Below, piece by piece: positions 55,522 through 64,000 of a stretch of DNA of 64,000 nucleotides. The stretch covers positions 7,061 through 71,060 of the forward strand of contig JAAYVC010000095.1 of the NCBI GenBank assembly GCA_012517375.1, written 5' to 3'. A model generated the notes under the pieces. That model was not told the DNA's origin, did not search any database, and saw only the letters and a program-made list of their open reading frames with translations. The DNA is from a bacterium (GTDB lineage Bacteria; Hydrothermota; Tepidihabitantia; B3-TA06). How positions within the stretch are numbered: the first letter of the stretch is position 1; each line of letters opens with the position of its first letter. Position numbers and translations under genes: made by a program.

Positions 55522-56781
55522 TTATCGATTGGGGTGCTGGAACAGCAGAAGCCAGACCGCGAACGTCACGATTGCGACAGCGATAACGGATGGAACCAGC
55601 CACTTGTAGACCGAACCCCAGCTTGCCCGAAAGTACTCGCGGGATAAGGCAAGGCAGAGATGCGAGGGCGAAAGCATGACGCCGAAGAAGCCAAACGCAT
55701 AGGCGAGCATGACGAGTCCGGGGTCATGACCGATGAAGGGCGCGAGCAGGGGGAACGTGGTTGCAACGTAAGCCTGGTTAAGCCCCACGAGGAGCCCGAC
55801 GACGAAGGGCAGGAACATTATCATGGCGACGATGAGGGAGGAGGGGGCGCCGGAAAGCATAGGACCCAGACCGGCGAGGGCGGACGAGCGGTCGAGCATG
55901 TACTTGAAGAACATGACCGAAGCCATTAGCGATATAACGCGCCAGTCGAGCGCGGAAAGGATGAGCTTTCCTGAGCCTTTGAGAGGCACCTTGTAGAATA
56001 TCCACGAAGAGACCAGAACGACGAGCATGACCGCGGAAACGGGAATCTTGATTATCGAACCCAGCGCCTGCGTGATAGCGATGAGGACGACGATGATCAT
56101 GAGAGGAAACGCGCCGTAGAGCACGTCTTTTGTGGAGGAGCTGCCCTTGCCCGGCAGGCGTTCGGGACGAACATCTCTGCGCTTGACGAATGCGAAGAGG
56201 ATAACGGCGCCTGCGGCTATAGCGAGCAGGGTGACGAACGACTGGTGGACGATAACGGAGCCGACTGTCAAGTTCTTGATGATGGCGAAGCCCACGATAA
56301 GGCCTGGGTACAGCGGCCAGAAGTACTCCCACACGTGCCTGAACCAGTAGTTGATGTAGACCGCAAGCCCTGGCTTTATTCCGTAGGGCTTTATCTGCTC
56401 CTCGGTCATTGGGGCCGTGAAGTATGCGCCGCCCGGCATTGGCAGGAGACCGACGAACATCGGAATCGTGACCACGCTCACGCGAGAGCCGCGCAGCAGG
56501 TAGTCGGCGCCTCCGGCGAAGCGGGAGAGGATTCCGCGCTCCTTCATCATCTTGCCGAGGATCTCGATGAAGCATACGATGAGGATGGTGTCAATGGTGT
56601 AGAAATCGATGACGCTATCGAGAAAGGTCCTCGCGATATCGAACGCAGGCATGGTGAAGAGTATGCCGGTTACTATTGCGCCGAGCAGGATGGGAACGAA
56701 CGTCGGCAGCCTGAAAATCATGACCAGGATGATGACGCCGAAGATGATTCCGAGTTTTGCGAGGAGAGGTAAGTGCTCCAT
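55522..56781 (-). CDS. Polytopic membrane transporter (DUF401-like / ion-transporter superfamily).
   Basis: It is 419 aa with about 12 predicted transmembrane helices. It has no ATP-binding motifs. The family assignment is from memory. GC is about 60%. Confidence 0.45.
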   Translation of the reverse strand: MEHLPLLAKLGIIFGVIILVMIFRLPTFVPILLGAIVTGILFTMPAFDIARTFLDSVIDFYTIDTILIVCFIEILGKMMKERGILSRFAGGADYLLRGSRVSVVTIPMFVGLLPMPGGAYFTAPMTEEQIKPYGIKPGLAVYINYWFRHVWEYFWPLYPGLIVGFAIIKNLTVGSVIVHQSFVTLLAIAAGAVILFAFVKRRDVRPERLPGKGSSSTKDVLYGAFPLMIIVVLIAITQALGSIIKIPVSAVMLVVLVSSWIFYKVPLKGSGKLILSALDWRVISLMASVMFFKYMLDRSSALAGLGPMLSGAPSSLIVAMIMFLPFVVGLLVGLNQAYVATTFPLLAPFIGHDPGLVMLAYAFGFFGVMLSPSHLCLALSREYFRASWGSVYKWLVPSVIAVAIVTFAVWLLLFQHPNR

Positions 56782-57097
56782 AACGCTCGATTATACGGGC
56801 TTTGGGAACGAGGTCAACTCGTGCGGCCCTGTTCTCGACAAAAAGGAATAAATTTCTACACAGGTTGTATTGCGAGTATACTATAAACTTGCGAGACAGC
56901 AAGGAGGGCGCGCCTGGAAGGCGCTTGGCGGAAGTTTTACTTCCGCAATTTTACTGCCGGTCTTTAAGGAGGCGCCTGGGCGGCGCCGTGTTGAACCCAA
57001 TGCTGCGATGGGCGTCATGGGGTCCCTTGAAAATCACAGAGTGATTTTCAAGGCTGGTGTTTCCTGTCTCCGTAAAACAAACCTAAAGGAGATAACA

Positions 57098-58558
57098 ATG
57101 TCAACCCTGAAAAAACTAATGGTTATCGTCGCAGTGATGCTTGTGAGCGCAAGCCTTTTCGCCGAAAGGATTGAAGGCTATGCCAGCCCTTGGGCCGTCA
57201 AAGGCATCTCACAAGTTTATGTTAACTACGGATATCTGGGTCACGACGACTACGGGGTTTATGGCAAAGATAGCTCAAGCAATAACCATGGATATCTTGG
57301 TTCAGACGACTACGGTGCTTATGGAAAACATTCTTCCTCGGGCAACTATGGATACCTGGGTTCATATTATTACGGGGCCTACGGATACGACAGCTCGTCA
57401 GGAAACTACGGGTACCTGGCACACAACCTTTACGGCGCATATGGAAGGAGCAGCGGCAATTACGGTTATCTAGGTTCATCTTCCAACGGCGCATACGGCA
57501 GCAGCTCTTCGGGCAACTACGGCATTCTTGGATCTTCCAGCTATGGAGCCTACGGAAGATACACCAACGGCAACTACGCATATCTCGGCGGTTCCACGAA
57601 AGCTTTGGGCTCATACGCGGCGACCGCGGCCTCTTACGCCGCCCACTTCTCTCATATCAGCGGCTCATATATGTATCTTGGAGCCAATTCGTACGGGGCG
57701 TTCTTCCATGGCCCGGGGTCGTCCTCGGCAACTATTTGCAACTCCTCGGATATAGGAATCGGAGCGTACGGTCCTGAAGATGCCGCATACTTTACGGGCG
57801 ACGTTACCGTTTCGGGCGACCTTTACGTAACAGGCGACAAGGACAACGTGATCAAGCTCGACGACGGCACGTGGGTCACCATGTCGGCAACCGAGGCGCC
57901 CTATCCGGAGTACACGATATCGGGACGGACAAAGCTCTCCAACGGCACAGCGAGGATAGAGTTCGATGAGCCGTACCCAAAGGTGATTTCAAAGGAAATC
58001 CCGATAAAGGTAATCGTGACGCCCGAAGGTTCTTACAGCGGCATATACGTGAAGGACGTGTCGGTAAATGGTTTTACGGCTGTTTCCGATGTTGGCGACC
58101 GCAACGCGACCTTCAGCTGGATGGCTATTGCGCGAGTAAAGGGGAAGGAACAAAAGACCGACTACGGGGCGGTCACAGCGAAGATGCAGAAGCTTGAGGC
58201 CTCGCAGAGGCTGCTCGGGCTCCCGAATCGCAATACACCGATGGAACACGAGGAAGCTTTGGAGCCTCGGAAAATCCAGTCGCTGCCGGAGCTTCGTCTT
58301 TCAGCGCCTGAGCTGAGTGCGGGTAATTTGACCATCGAATACGAGCTACCCACTGCTTCAAGCGCAACCCTTTCCGTTTTTGACGAATCAGGCAGGCTGG
58401 TGCGGACGCTTGCGAGCAGTCAAATGAGTAAAGGCAATCACATCCTCTTCTGGGATCGCACGGACGACGCGGGCCGTGCGGTATCCGCAGGCGTCTACTA
58501 CATGAGACTCGACGCCGGCGCCGACACAAAGACGGCGAAGGTGACTATCGTCAAGTAA
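57098..58558 (+). CDS. Secreted Gly/Tyr-rich tandem-repeat protein with a T9SS-type C-terminal sorting domain.
   Basis: I trimmed to MSTLKKLMVIVAVMLVSASLFA (signal peptide). It has about 7 repeats of about 17 aa (NYGYLGSDDYGAYGKHSSSG...). The C-terminus is GVYYMRLDAGADTKTAKVTIVK. Confidence 0.7.
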   Translation: MSTLKKLMVIVAVMLVSASLFAERIEGYASPWAVKGISQVYVNYGYLGHDDYGVYGKDSSSNNHGYLGSDDYGAYGKHSSSGNYGYLGSYYYGAYGYDSSSGNYGYLAHNLYGAYGRSSGNYGYLGSSSNGAYGSSSSGNYGILGSSSYGAYGRYTNGNYAYLGGSTKALGSYAATAASYAAHFSHISGSYMYLGANSYGAFFHGPGSSSATICNSSDIGIGAYGPEDAAYFTGDVTVSGDLYVTGDKDNVIKLDDGTWVTMSATEAPYPEYTISGRTKLSNGTARIEFDEPYPKVISKEIPIKVIVTPEGSYSGIYVKDVSVNGFTAVSDVGDRNATFSWMAIARVKGKEQKTDYGAVTAKMQKLEASQRLLGLPNRNTPMEHEEALEPRKIQSLPELRLSAPELSAGNLTIEYELPTASSATLSVFDESGRLVRTLASSQMSKGNHILFWDRTDDAGRAVSAGVYYMRLDAGADTKTAKVTIVK

Positions 58559-58582
58559 ATCATTTAAGGATAAAATGACGGG

Positions 58583-58600
58583 CGGCGAAAGCCGCCCTTA
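58583..58600 (+). terminator. Rho-independent terminator-like hairpin.
   Basis: The sequence is GGGCGGCgaaaGCCGCCC followed by ttaccttt. Confidence 0.55.
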
Positions 58601-58741
58601 CCTTTACCCAAAGCTGGTTCGCATCTTAGCGGGGACGCCGAATCGCAGGATTGTATTGCCACTTTCATCTGGACGATCCTTTTTGTCTCGAGAATAAAAA
58701 CGGGGCCTTCAAGCGAGAACGACTTTATCGCTTGGGGTTAA

Positions 58742-59509
58742 TTAAAGCGGCAGAAAAATCTGGCGCCTGCCTGTCTGCGGGTGCCGGCCCTCGACCGGCC
58801 GCACTCCCCAGTAACGTTCTATGATCTCTGGCTTAAGGAGCGCGTCGGGAGAATCGTCCTCGGCTAGCCGGCCGCGGGCGAAGATGAGCATCCGGTTCGA
58901 GCAGAGCGCGGCCTGGTTGAGGTCGTGCGCAACGAGAACGATGCAAATCCCCTCCTCGTTCAAGCTTCTGAGAAGCGCGAGCACATCGTGCTGGTGTGCA
59001 AGATCTAGATGATTGAGAGGTTCATCGAGAAGGATTACGGATGGCTCCTGCACGAGCGCTCGACAGATAACGGCGAGTTGGCGCTCTCCAGATGAGATAT
59101 TGTTGATGGACTTTTCCGCGAGATGGAGAATACCAAGCCTCTCGAGCGCCGAGCGGGCTAGGGCGTAATCGGATGAGCGATAGCGCTCGAGCGCGCCAAG
59201 GTAAGGATGGCGTCCATGAAGCACGGTCTCGATAACGGTAAAATCAAGGCTGAAACGGCTCTCCTGCGCAACGTATGCAAGGCTTCTGGCAAGCTCGCGT
59301 CGGCTGATGGAATCGAGCTCGGTACTGTTAAATAGGATACCGCCGGACGATGGATGAAGAAGACGCGCGAGAAGCTTCACGAACGTGCTCTTTCCTGCCC
59401 CGTTCGGTCCAACAACGGATACGAATTCGCTCTTGCCGATGCTCGCCGAGAGGTTCTCGAAAAGAGGCCGTCTCGGATAGGAGAAGGAAAGCGCGCGAAC
59501 ATCAAACAC
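58742..59509 (-). CDS. ABC transporter ATP-binding protein (iron-siderophore/cobalamin type, BtuD/FecE-like).
   Basis: It has Walker A GPNGAGKST, the signature LSGGERQ and Walker B ILLDEP. Confidence 0.9.
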   Translation of the reverse strand: MFDVRALSFSYPRRPLFENLSASIGKSEFVSVVGPNGAGKSTFVKLLARLLHPSSGGILFNSTELDSISRRELARSLAYVAQESRFSLDFTVIETVLHGRHPYLGALERYRSSDYALARSALERLGILHLAEKSINNISSGERQLAVICRALVQEPSVILLDEPLNHLDLAHQHDVLALLRSLNEEGICIVLVAHDLNQAALCSNRMLIFARGRLAEDDSPDALLKPEIIERYWGVRPVEGRHPQTGRRQIFLPL

Positions 59510-60446
59510 TAAGCCTCCTTTTCATGATGAAGAGGAAGAACGGCACGCCTATAATCGTTGTGACAACCGAAAGTGGCAGATAAACGTTCGTAGCCATGGA
59601 AAAAAGCCTGAGCGCGAGATCGGAGGCGAGAAGCAAAGATGCTCCAACAAGGACGCTTGCCGGAAGAACCCGCAAGTGTCTGGGCCCGAAGAGGAAACGG
59701 ACGATATGGGGAACAATAAGCCCCACGAAGCTCACGGCGCCTGCAAATGCGACAACGACACCAACGAGCAAGGCGGATATTATAAAGACCTCGGAAGTCA
59801 GTCTGCGCGTGTTGACTCCCAGCGTTTCCGCGGCTTCTACGTTGGATGAAAGGATATCGAGCGAGCGCCATCGACCGAGTATCCATGCGGCGCCTGCAAC
59901 GGAAAGCGATGCCGAAACGATAAATGTCCAGAGTTCCTGCGGGGTAAAGATGATGTTGGTCGAACCCATAAGAAGATAGATGATCTGGGAAAGTTCGGAG
60001 CGTGAAAGCACCATGAGCACCATTACAAGGCTCGAACAGACGAAGCTCAGGGCAACCCCTGAGAGTATGAGGGATAGCCTGGTCGCCCTGCCGCGAACGC
60101 TGGCTATTGCGTACACGAGCGCAAGCGCGCCTATTGCTCCTGCGAACGCGAATAAAGGCCTGCCGAAAACGGACGTCCACCCGAAAAGAAGCGAAAGGGC
60201 GACACCGACTCCCGCACCTGAGGATGAGCCGATTATATAAGGGTCTACTAAAGGGTTTTCGAGAAGCCCCTGCAAGCTGGCGCCCACGAATGCAAGAATA
60301 CCGCCCGCAAATACGGTCAAAATCACCCTCGGAAGCCGGAAAACCAGCAGCTCAAGGGAGAATCCGGCAGGTCCCAAAAAGCAAGAAAGGATTACAAGCG
60401 CGGCAAGAAGGATACCAAGAAGCAGCCAGCCCAGACTAGTGCGCAT
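59502..60446 (-). CDS. ABC transporter permease (FecCD/BtuC family).
   Basis: It is 314 aa with about 9 transmembrane helices. It has the FecCD-type pattern ...GAIGALALV..RLSL...G. Confidence 0.85.
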   Translation of the reverse strand: MRTSLGWLLLGILLAALVILSCFLGPAGFSLELLVFRLPRVILTVFAGGILAFVGASLQGLLENPLVDPYIIGSSSGAGVGVALSLLFGWTSVFGRPLFAFAGAIGALALVYAIASVRGRATRLSLILSGVALSFVCSSLVMVLMVLSRSELSQIIYLLMGSTNIIFTPQELWTFIVSASLSVAGAAWILGRWRSLDILSSNVEAAETLGVNTRRLTSEVFIISALLVGVVVAFAGAVSFVGLIVPHIVRFLFGPRHLRVLPASVLVGASLLLASDLALRLFSMATNVYLPLSVVTTIIGVPFFLFIMKRRLSV

Positions 60447-61344
60447 GAGTGACGATGGAATCTGTTTTTACGAGAGCACCGACAAAACGAGGACCCGGAC
60501 GCATCATCTCGTCAAGCGGAAGAGAATCAAAAACCAGCCTTTCCCTTACAGCGGGGATGCCGGACCAGCCGATGCGCGAAAGCACGGATTCCCGACTCGC
60601 GCCGGGATAAAGAAGCAGTATGACCCTTGGCGAGCGTTTGATGACCTCCTCCTGGTCAATAGCAGGATACCCTTCACGTTCGGAAAATACGTTGCGAAGC
60701 CCTATTTTTTCGAGTCCATCGGTAATGTATGTCTTTCCGACGGTAATCAAGGGACTCGACGATATCTCAACGTAGACAGAAACGGTTTCCCTTTTTTCTA
60801 TCGAGGCAAGCTCCCTGCGAAGACTGTCTGCAAGCCGCTTTCCCTTCTCGTGAACGCCGACAGTATCCGCTAGCGATTCAATCTGTTCAAGCATCTCCTT
60901 AATGCTGGAGGGATCCCTGAACACGGCTACCCTGTATCCCATTGTCTTCAGGGACACAGCAAGCTGAGACTGCGTCGGCGTCGTAACAAGAATTAAATCC
61001 GGCTTCAACGCCTCGAGCTTTTCAGGATCTGGAGAAAGAAAATCGCCGACAGTTGGCTTAGTTAATGCATCTTTAGGATAGTCGCAGAAGGTCGTAACAC
61101 CCGCAAGCCTTGATTCCGCGCCCAATGCATACACTATCTCGGTAAGACTCGGTACAAGCGAAACAATCCTCTTTGGATGACCTTCGCTCTTCTGTCTGCC
61201 AGATGGAAAGCAGGAACTAAGGCTTAAAGCGAGGAGAAAGAGGAGTATTCCTTGAGTACTCTTTATAAACTTCGCCCCATTCAACGGCAAGCTTGCGCTC
61301 CTCGAATCTAATTTCAAGATACCACAAAGGAAGTCCCACAACAA
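60436..61344 (-). CDS. ABC transporter periplasmic substrate-binding lipoprotein (BtuF/FecB-like).
   Basis: It has lipobox LSLSSC. It has PKRIVSLVPSLTEIVYALG, typical of the cobalamin/siderophore-binding class. It overlaps the upstream ICMT gene by about 128 nt as annotated, so its true start is probably a downstream non-ATG codon. Confidence 0.7.
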   Translation of the reverse strand: MLWDFLCGILKLDSRSASLPLNGAKFIKSTQGILLFLLALSLSSCFPSGRQKSEGHPKRIVSLVPSLTEIVYALGAESRLAGVTTFCDYPKDALTKPTVGDFLSPDPEKLEALKPDLILVTTPTQSQLAVSLKTMGYRVAVFRDPSSIKEMLEQIESLADTVGVHEKGKRLADSLRRELASIEKRETVSVYVEISSSPLITVGKTYITDGLEKIGLRNVFSEREGYPAIDQEEVIKRSPRVILLLYPGASRESVLSRIGWSGIPAVRERLVFDSLPLDEMMRPGPRFVGALVKTDSIVTHAH

Positions 61345-61852
61345 CGGTCAAAAGCATAGCCCAAGGCGAAAAGAAGACAATGGGCACGGCAAACATGATG
61401 AGAAGCATCCCGATATAGCGGGGATGTCTTGAAAGCTGCCATGGTCTTGTCCTGAGTACATCCTTGGGATTCTTTTTTGATTTTATGACGAAAAGAGACC
61501 AGAGCCGGACAGATATACCTGAGGCAAAGATGAGTAACCCAAGAACGCCGAACAAAGGATAAAGAAACCGGATCTCGGTCCCGCCGAAAGCGTCCCAGGG
61601 CGCGAGACCCTGAAGGGCATAGAAGTAAATTGCAAAACCGGCCTTTAGCCAGGGATTGAAGTTCGGTACAAGACTCGACTGGAAAAACAACGCTCCAAGG
61701 TAAAACTCGACGCCCAGCCACAAGAGCCATAAGGAAAAATATACTATCGGTATAGCCGCTTCCGAGCCCGCGACATCTCCAAAAAGATTCTTTACGAAGT
61801 TGAAAAGATACAAAACCACGAAAAGGGTCCAGAGCAGTCTTCCCCATCTCAT
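61217..61852 (-). CDS. Isoprenylcysteine carboxyl methyltransferase (ICMT/PEMT) family membrane protein.
   Basis: I trimmed to MRWGRLLWTLF. The C-terminus is RTRPWQLSRHPRYIGMLLIMFAVPIVFFSPWAML...EERKLAVEWGEVYKEY. Confidence 0.65.
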   Translation of the reverse strand: MRWGRLLWTLFVVLYLFNFVKNLFGDVAGSEAAIPIVYFSLWLLWLGVEFYLGALFFQSSLVPNFNPWLKAGFAIYFYALQGLAPWDAFGGTEIRFLYPLFGVLGLLIFASGISVRLWSLFVIKSKKNPKDVLRTRPWQLSRHPRYIGMLLIMFAVPIVFFSPWAMLLTVVVGLPLWYLEIRFEERKLAVEWGEVYKEYSRNTPLSPRFKP

Positions 61853-61893
61853 CCCGCTCTTCTTTTCATCTTTTTTTGCAACTGCTATCTGCG

Positions 61894-63033
61894 TCAATCG
61901 TCCTCCTTTGCAAACATTTGCTTGGCTAACCATCCCGACACAAGACCTGTCGGTCTTGCTTGCACTCCCTCAAAAGCCATGTTGCCGACAAAAAGGGATG
62001 ACGGTACGATTACTTCTTTCACGTTCAAACCCAAATCTTTTTTGTTTTCTCCCGCCGACGCGATATAGTCCTCGCTTGAAACCGCAAGAAAAATCTCCGG
62101 GGAGAAAATCCTTCGCATCTGGCCGAAGGTTATATCACCTGCCGGCAACGAATCTCTGACAAACCCGTCTCCCAGGTAGACTATAGCGCCCTCCTGGGAT
62201 GCAGATTTCAAGATATTTTCAGCAAGCGTTCGAAGCGAATCCCTGCCTATGCCTTGAGCGCTGAAACCTATGATCTCGGAATCCATTGAATCGACTTTGG
62301 CGCTCCATAGCGAGTACGGATTAAGCGTCGACTGACCGGCTGGCCTTATAGGCTTCTCTTTGAGTCTGAATTCCCGAGCGCTTTGAATACTTAGGGTCAA
62401 GTCGCGGGACCTTCCTCCTCTGGAAATCGACTCGATTCCCGATGCGGCCTTGTTCAAGGAATCAGTGTTGAAGAAAAAAAAGTAGTCTGATTGAAGCGCG
62501 AGGAAAGATGCGGTAACGGGTAAAAGCGAGTCGGTATCTAAGAATTTCAAGCCCGCTGAACCCATTCCTTCGGGGAAAGCGGGCGCTGCAGCTGAAAAAG
62601 CAAGTCTGTAAGGACTCTGGGTTCTGATCATGTAGCGCGGAAGAGGATATCTCATCGAATCGTCGCAAAGATTGAGACTGACGATAAAGAAATCGGCCTC
62701 TGCTGATAGTTGCTTGAGCTTTTCTGCACCAAGATAAAGCCAAGTCGAAGGTGGAAGGAATATGTCAGCCCCCAGAGTATCACAGAGAAAGAGCTCCTTC
62801 TCGCCCTCCCACCATGCAAGATCGGCAAGAGTTGAAAAGGATGAATCATCAATTATAACAAGCGGTTTGTTGAATGATTTTATCGAGGAGTAGAGCGCGG
62901 AAAACTCGGCGTCCGAGCGAGGAAGTTCTGAGATGTACAGTATATCGAGCTCGCTCCTTGCTTTTTTAACGGATTGCGACGCGCATCCTGCCAAAAACAA
63001 AAAAATCGAGACGAGTGTAAGCCAACGCTTCAT
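61894..63033 (-). CDS. Hypothetical lipoprotein.
   Basis: It has lipobox FLFLAGC and is 379 aa. Any 5'-nucleotidase C-terminal resemblance is weak. Confidence 0.4.
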   Translation of the reverse strand: MKRWLTLVSIFLFLAGCASQSVKKARSELDILYISELPRSDAEFSALYSSIKSFNKPLVIIDDSSFSTLADLAWWEGEKELFLCDTLGADIFLPPSTWLYLGAEKLKQLSAEADFFIVSLNLCDDSMRYPLPRYMIRTQSPYRLAFSAAAPAFPEGMGSAGLKFLDTDSLLPVTASFLALQSDYFFFFNTDSLNKAASGIESISRGGRSRDLTLSIQSAREFRLKEKPIRPAGQSTLNPYSLWSAKVDSMDSEIIGFSAQGIGRDSLRTLAENILKSASQEGAIVYLGDGFVRDSLPAGDITFGQMRRIFSPEIFLAVSSEDYIASAGENKKDLGLNVKEVIVPSSLFVGNMAFEGVQARPTGLVSGWLAKQMFAKEDD

Positions 63034-63250
63034 AAGGCATTATAAGACATGCTCCCCGATATGTCAACCGAAAAACAAATTGACTTCCCAAGTCGATACG
63101 CCCCCCCGCGACAAGGATTTATCTATCGGGTATAGCCAAAGTTTCGGTTATCACATCAAGTTTGCGGTCATGGGAAAGTCTATAAGTCGATAGCGACTTG
63201 ATCGAGTGTCGATATCTAATACATGCAAGAGATTATGACGCCGGTTATAC

Positions 63251-63278
63251 TTGACTCCTCCCCTGACCCGTGTAAGAT
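63251..63278 (+). promoter_or_regulatory. Sigma70 promoter TTGACT-N16-TAAGAT ending 5 nt before the rmlA ATG, so the mRNA is probably leaderless.
   Basis: The sequence is acTTGACTcctcccctgacccgtgTAAGATagcgcATGAAAC. There is no Shine-Dalgarno sequence. Confidence 0.5.
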
Positions 63279-63283
63279 AGCGC

Positions 63284-64000
63284 ATGAAACTTCACAAAGG
63301 CGTAATACTTGCCGGAGGAATGGGAACAAGGCTCTCACCCCTGACCAACGTTACGAACAAGCATCTCCTGCCTGTTTACGATAAGCCGATGGTGCTTTAT
63401 CCCTTAGAGAAACTGGTCGAGGCCGGAATCGAGGAAATCCTTCTCGTTACCGGCGGCGAGTTTGCGGGCGATTTTTTAAGGCTCCTCGGCAATGGCAAGA
63501 AGTTCGGCATCAAGGGGCTGCACTACACCTACCAGGACGGACACGGCGGAATCGCCGAGGCGCTTTCCCTGGCTGAGGATTTTTCAGAAGACGAGCCGGT
63601 TATCGTGATACTTGGGGACAACATCTTTTCAGCCCCCCTCCTCCCCTACATAAATAAGTATAATGCGACCGGCGCTGGAGCTATGATTCTTTTGAAGGAA
63701 GTCAAGGATGCATGCAGGTTCGGCGTGGCTTCTGTAGACGGAAAAAGAGTTTCAAAGATAGTCGAGAAGCCTAAGAATCCAGAATCAAACCTTGCCGTCA
63801 CAGGCATCTACTTCTACGACAAAAGGGTATTCGAGATTGTCAAGGGACTTTCACCGTCTGCAAGAAACGAGCTTGAGATTACGGACGTGAACAACACGTA
63901 CATCTCATGGGGCCAGATGCGTTGGGCAAAGCTTTCAGGTTGGTGGACGGACGCCGGCACCTTCGAATCGCTCTACCGTGCGACAGAACTCGCGAGAAAA
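63284..64000 (+). CDS. rfbA: Glucose-1-phosphate thymidylyltransferase (RmlA-like), N-terminal 239 codons; it runs off the window end.
   Basis: MKLHKGVILAGGMGTRLSPLTNVTNKHLLPVYDKPMVLYPLEKLVEAGIEEILLVTG parallels the RmlA N-terminus (GGSGTRL...K.LLP.YDKPMI.YPL). There is no stop in the window, so it is missing from the ORF track. Confidence 0.8.
   Translation, partial: MKLHKGVILAGGMGTRLSPLTNVTNKHLLPVYDKPMVLYPLEKLVEAGIEEILLVTGGEFAGDFLRLLGNGKKFGIKGLHYTYQDGHGGIAEALSLAEDFSEDEPVIVILGDNIFSAPLLPYINKYNATGAGAMILLKEVKDACRFGVASVDGKRVSKIVEKPKNPESNLAVTGIYFYDKRVFEIVKGLSPSARNELEITDVNNTYISWGQMRWAKLSGWWTDAGTFESLYRATELARK

Noticed and set aside
55778-56575. A 265-aa ORF on the minus strand, and several other long ORFs in the ORF track at 55566-56772 (both strands), overlapping the transporter gene.
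   Set aside because: They lie inside the strongly supported 419-aa polytopic transporter gene, in another frame or antisense to it. They are Arg/Pro/His-rich low-complexity products typical of spurious frames in GC-rich DNA.

Overview
This is a 64-kb bacterial chromosomal fragment that is gene-dense on both strands. I found no rRNA, tRNA, CRISPR array or transposase/integrase. Four secreted proteins carry T9SS/Por-type C-terminal sorting domains; together with a V-type ATPase and a mannose-family PTS this suggests an FCB-group or related candidate-phylum bacterium (inference).

The left ~30 kb is about 42-47% GC. It encodes a partial Mo-bisPGD oxidoreductase translationally coupled to sulfhydrogenase/AsrAB-like electron-transfer subunits, and a large stressosome-type signalling island. 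That island has an RsbR-RsbS-RsbT core, a fused RsbT-like kinase/PP2C phosphatase and five single-domain SpoIIAA-like STAS paralogues, with no sigma or anti-sigma factor. It also encodes a LVIVD-repeat T9SS cargo protein, LplA, a CCA-family enzyme, an M50 protease, FtsK, TldD/PmbA, FolC, and an EIIA-less mannose-type PTS operon (IIB-IIC-IID-HPr-EI) fused to PGI/PMI and a sugar nucleotidyltransferase, preceded by OmpA-like and secreted proteins.

The right ~34 kb is about 52-60% GC, except for a low-GC rmuC. It holds a 20-kb run of same-strand genes: a propeller T9SS cargo protein, a 1064-aa TPR protein, FabG, an M6 protease, a bactofilin-M23 pair, three tandem M42 peptidases (one catalytically dead), parAB, hisS, VanZ and a V-type ATPase C-F-A-B-D module that lacks membrane and stator subunits. 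These are followed by TonB, rmuC, a DUF401-like transporter, a Gly/Tyr-repeat T9SS cargo protein, a BtuFCD-like ABC importer, an ICMT-family methyltransferase and a partial leaderless rmlA.

Non-coding highlights are arrays of an 11-bp direct repeat (RAAGNTGGTCA) at both ends of the high-GC block, a recurrent stop-codon-proximal stem-loop motif, paired perfect palindromes with a G-quadruplex tract, several consensus sigma70 promoters that appear to give leaderless mRNAs, a 9-bp in-frame tandem repeat making a low-complexity N-terminal tail on V-ATPase subunit B, and a decayed GNAT pseudogene.
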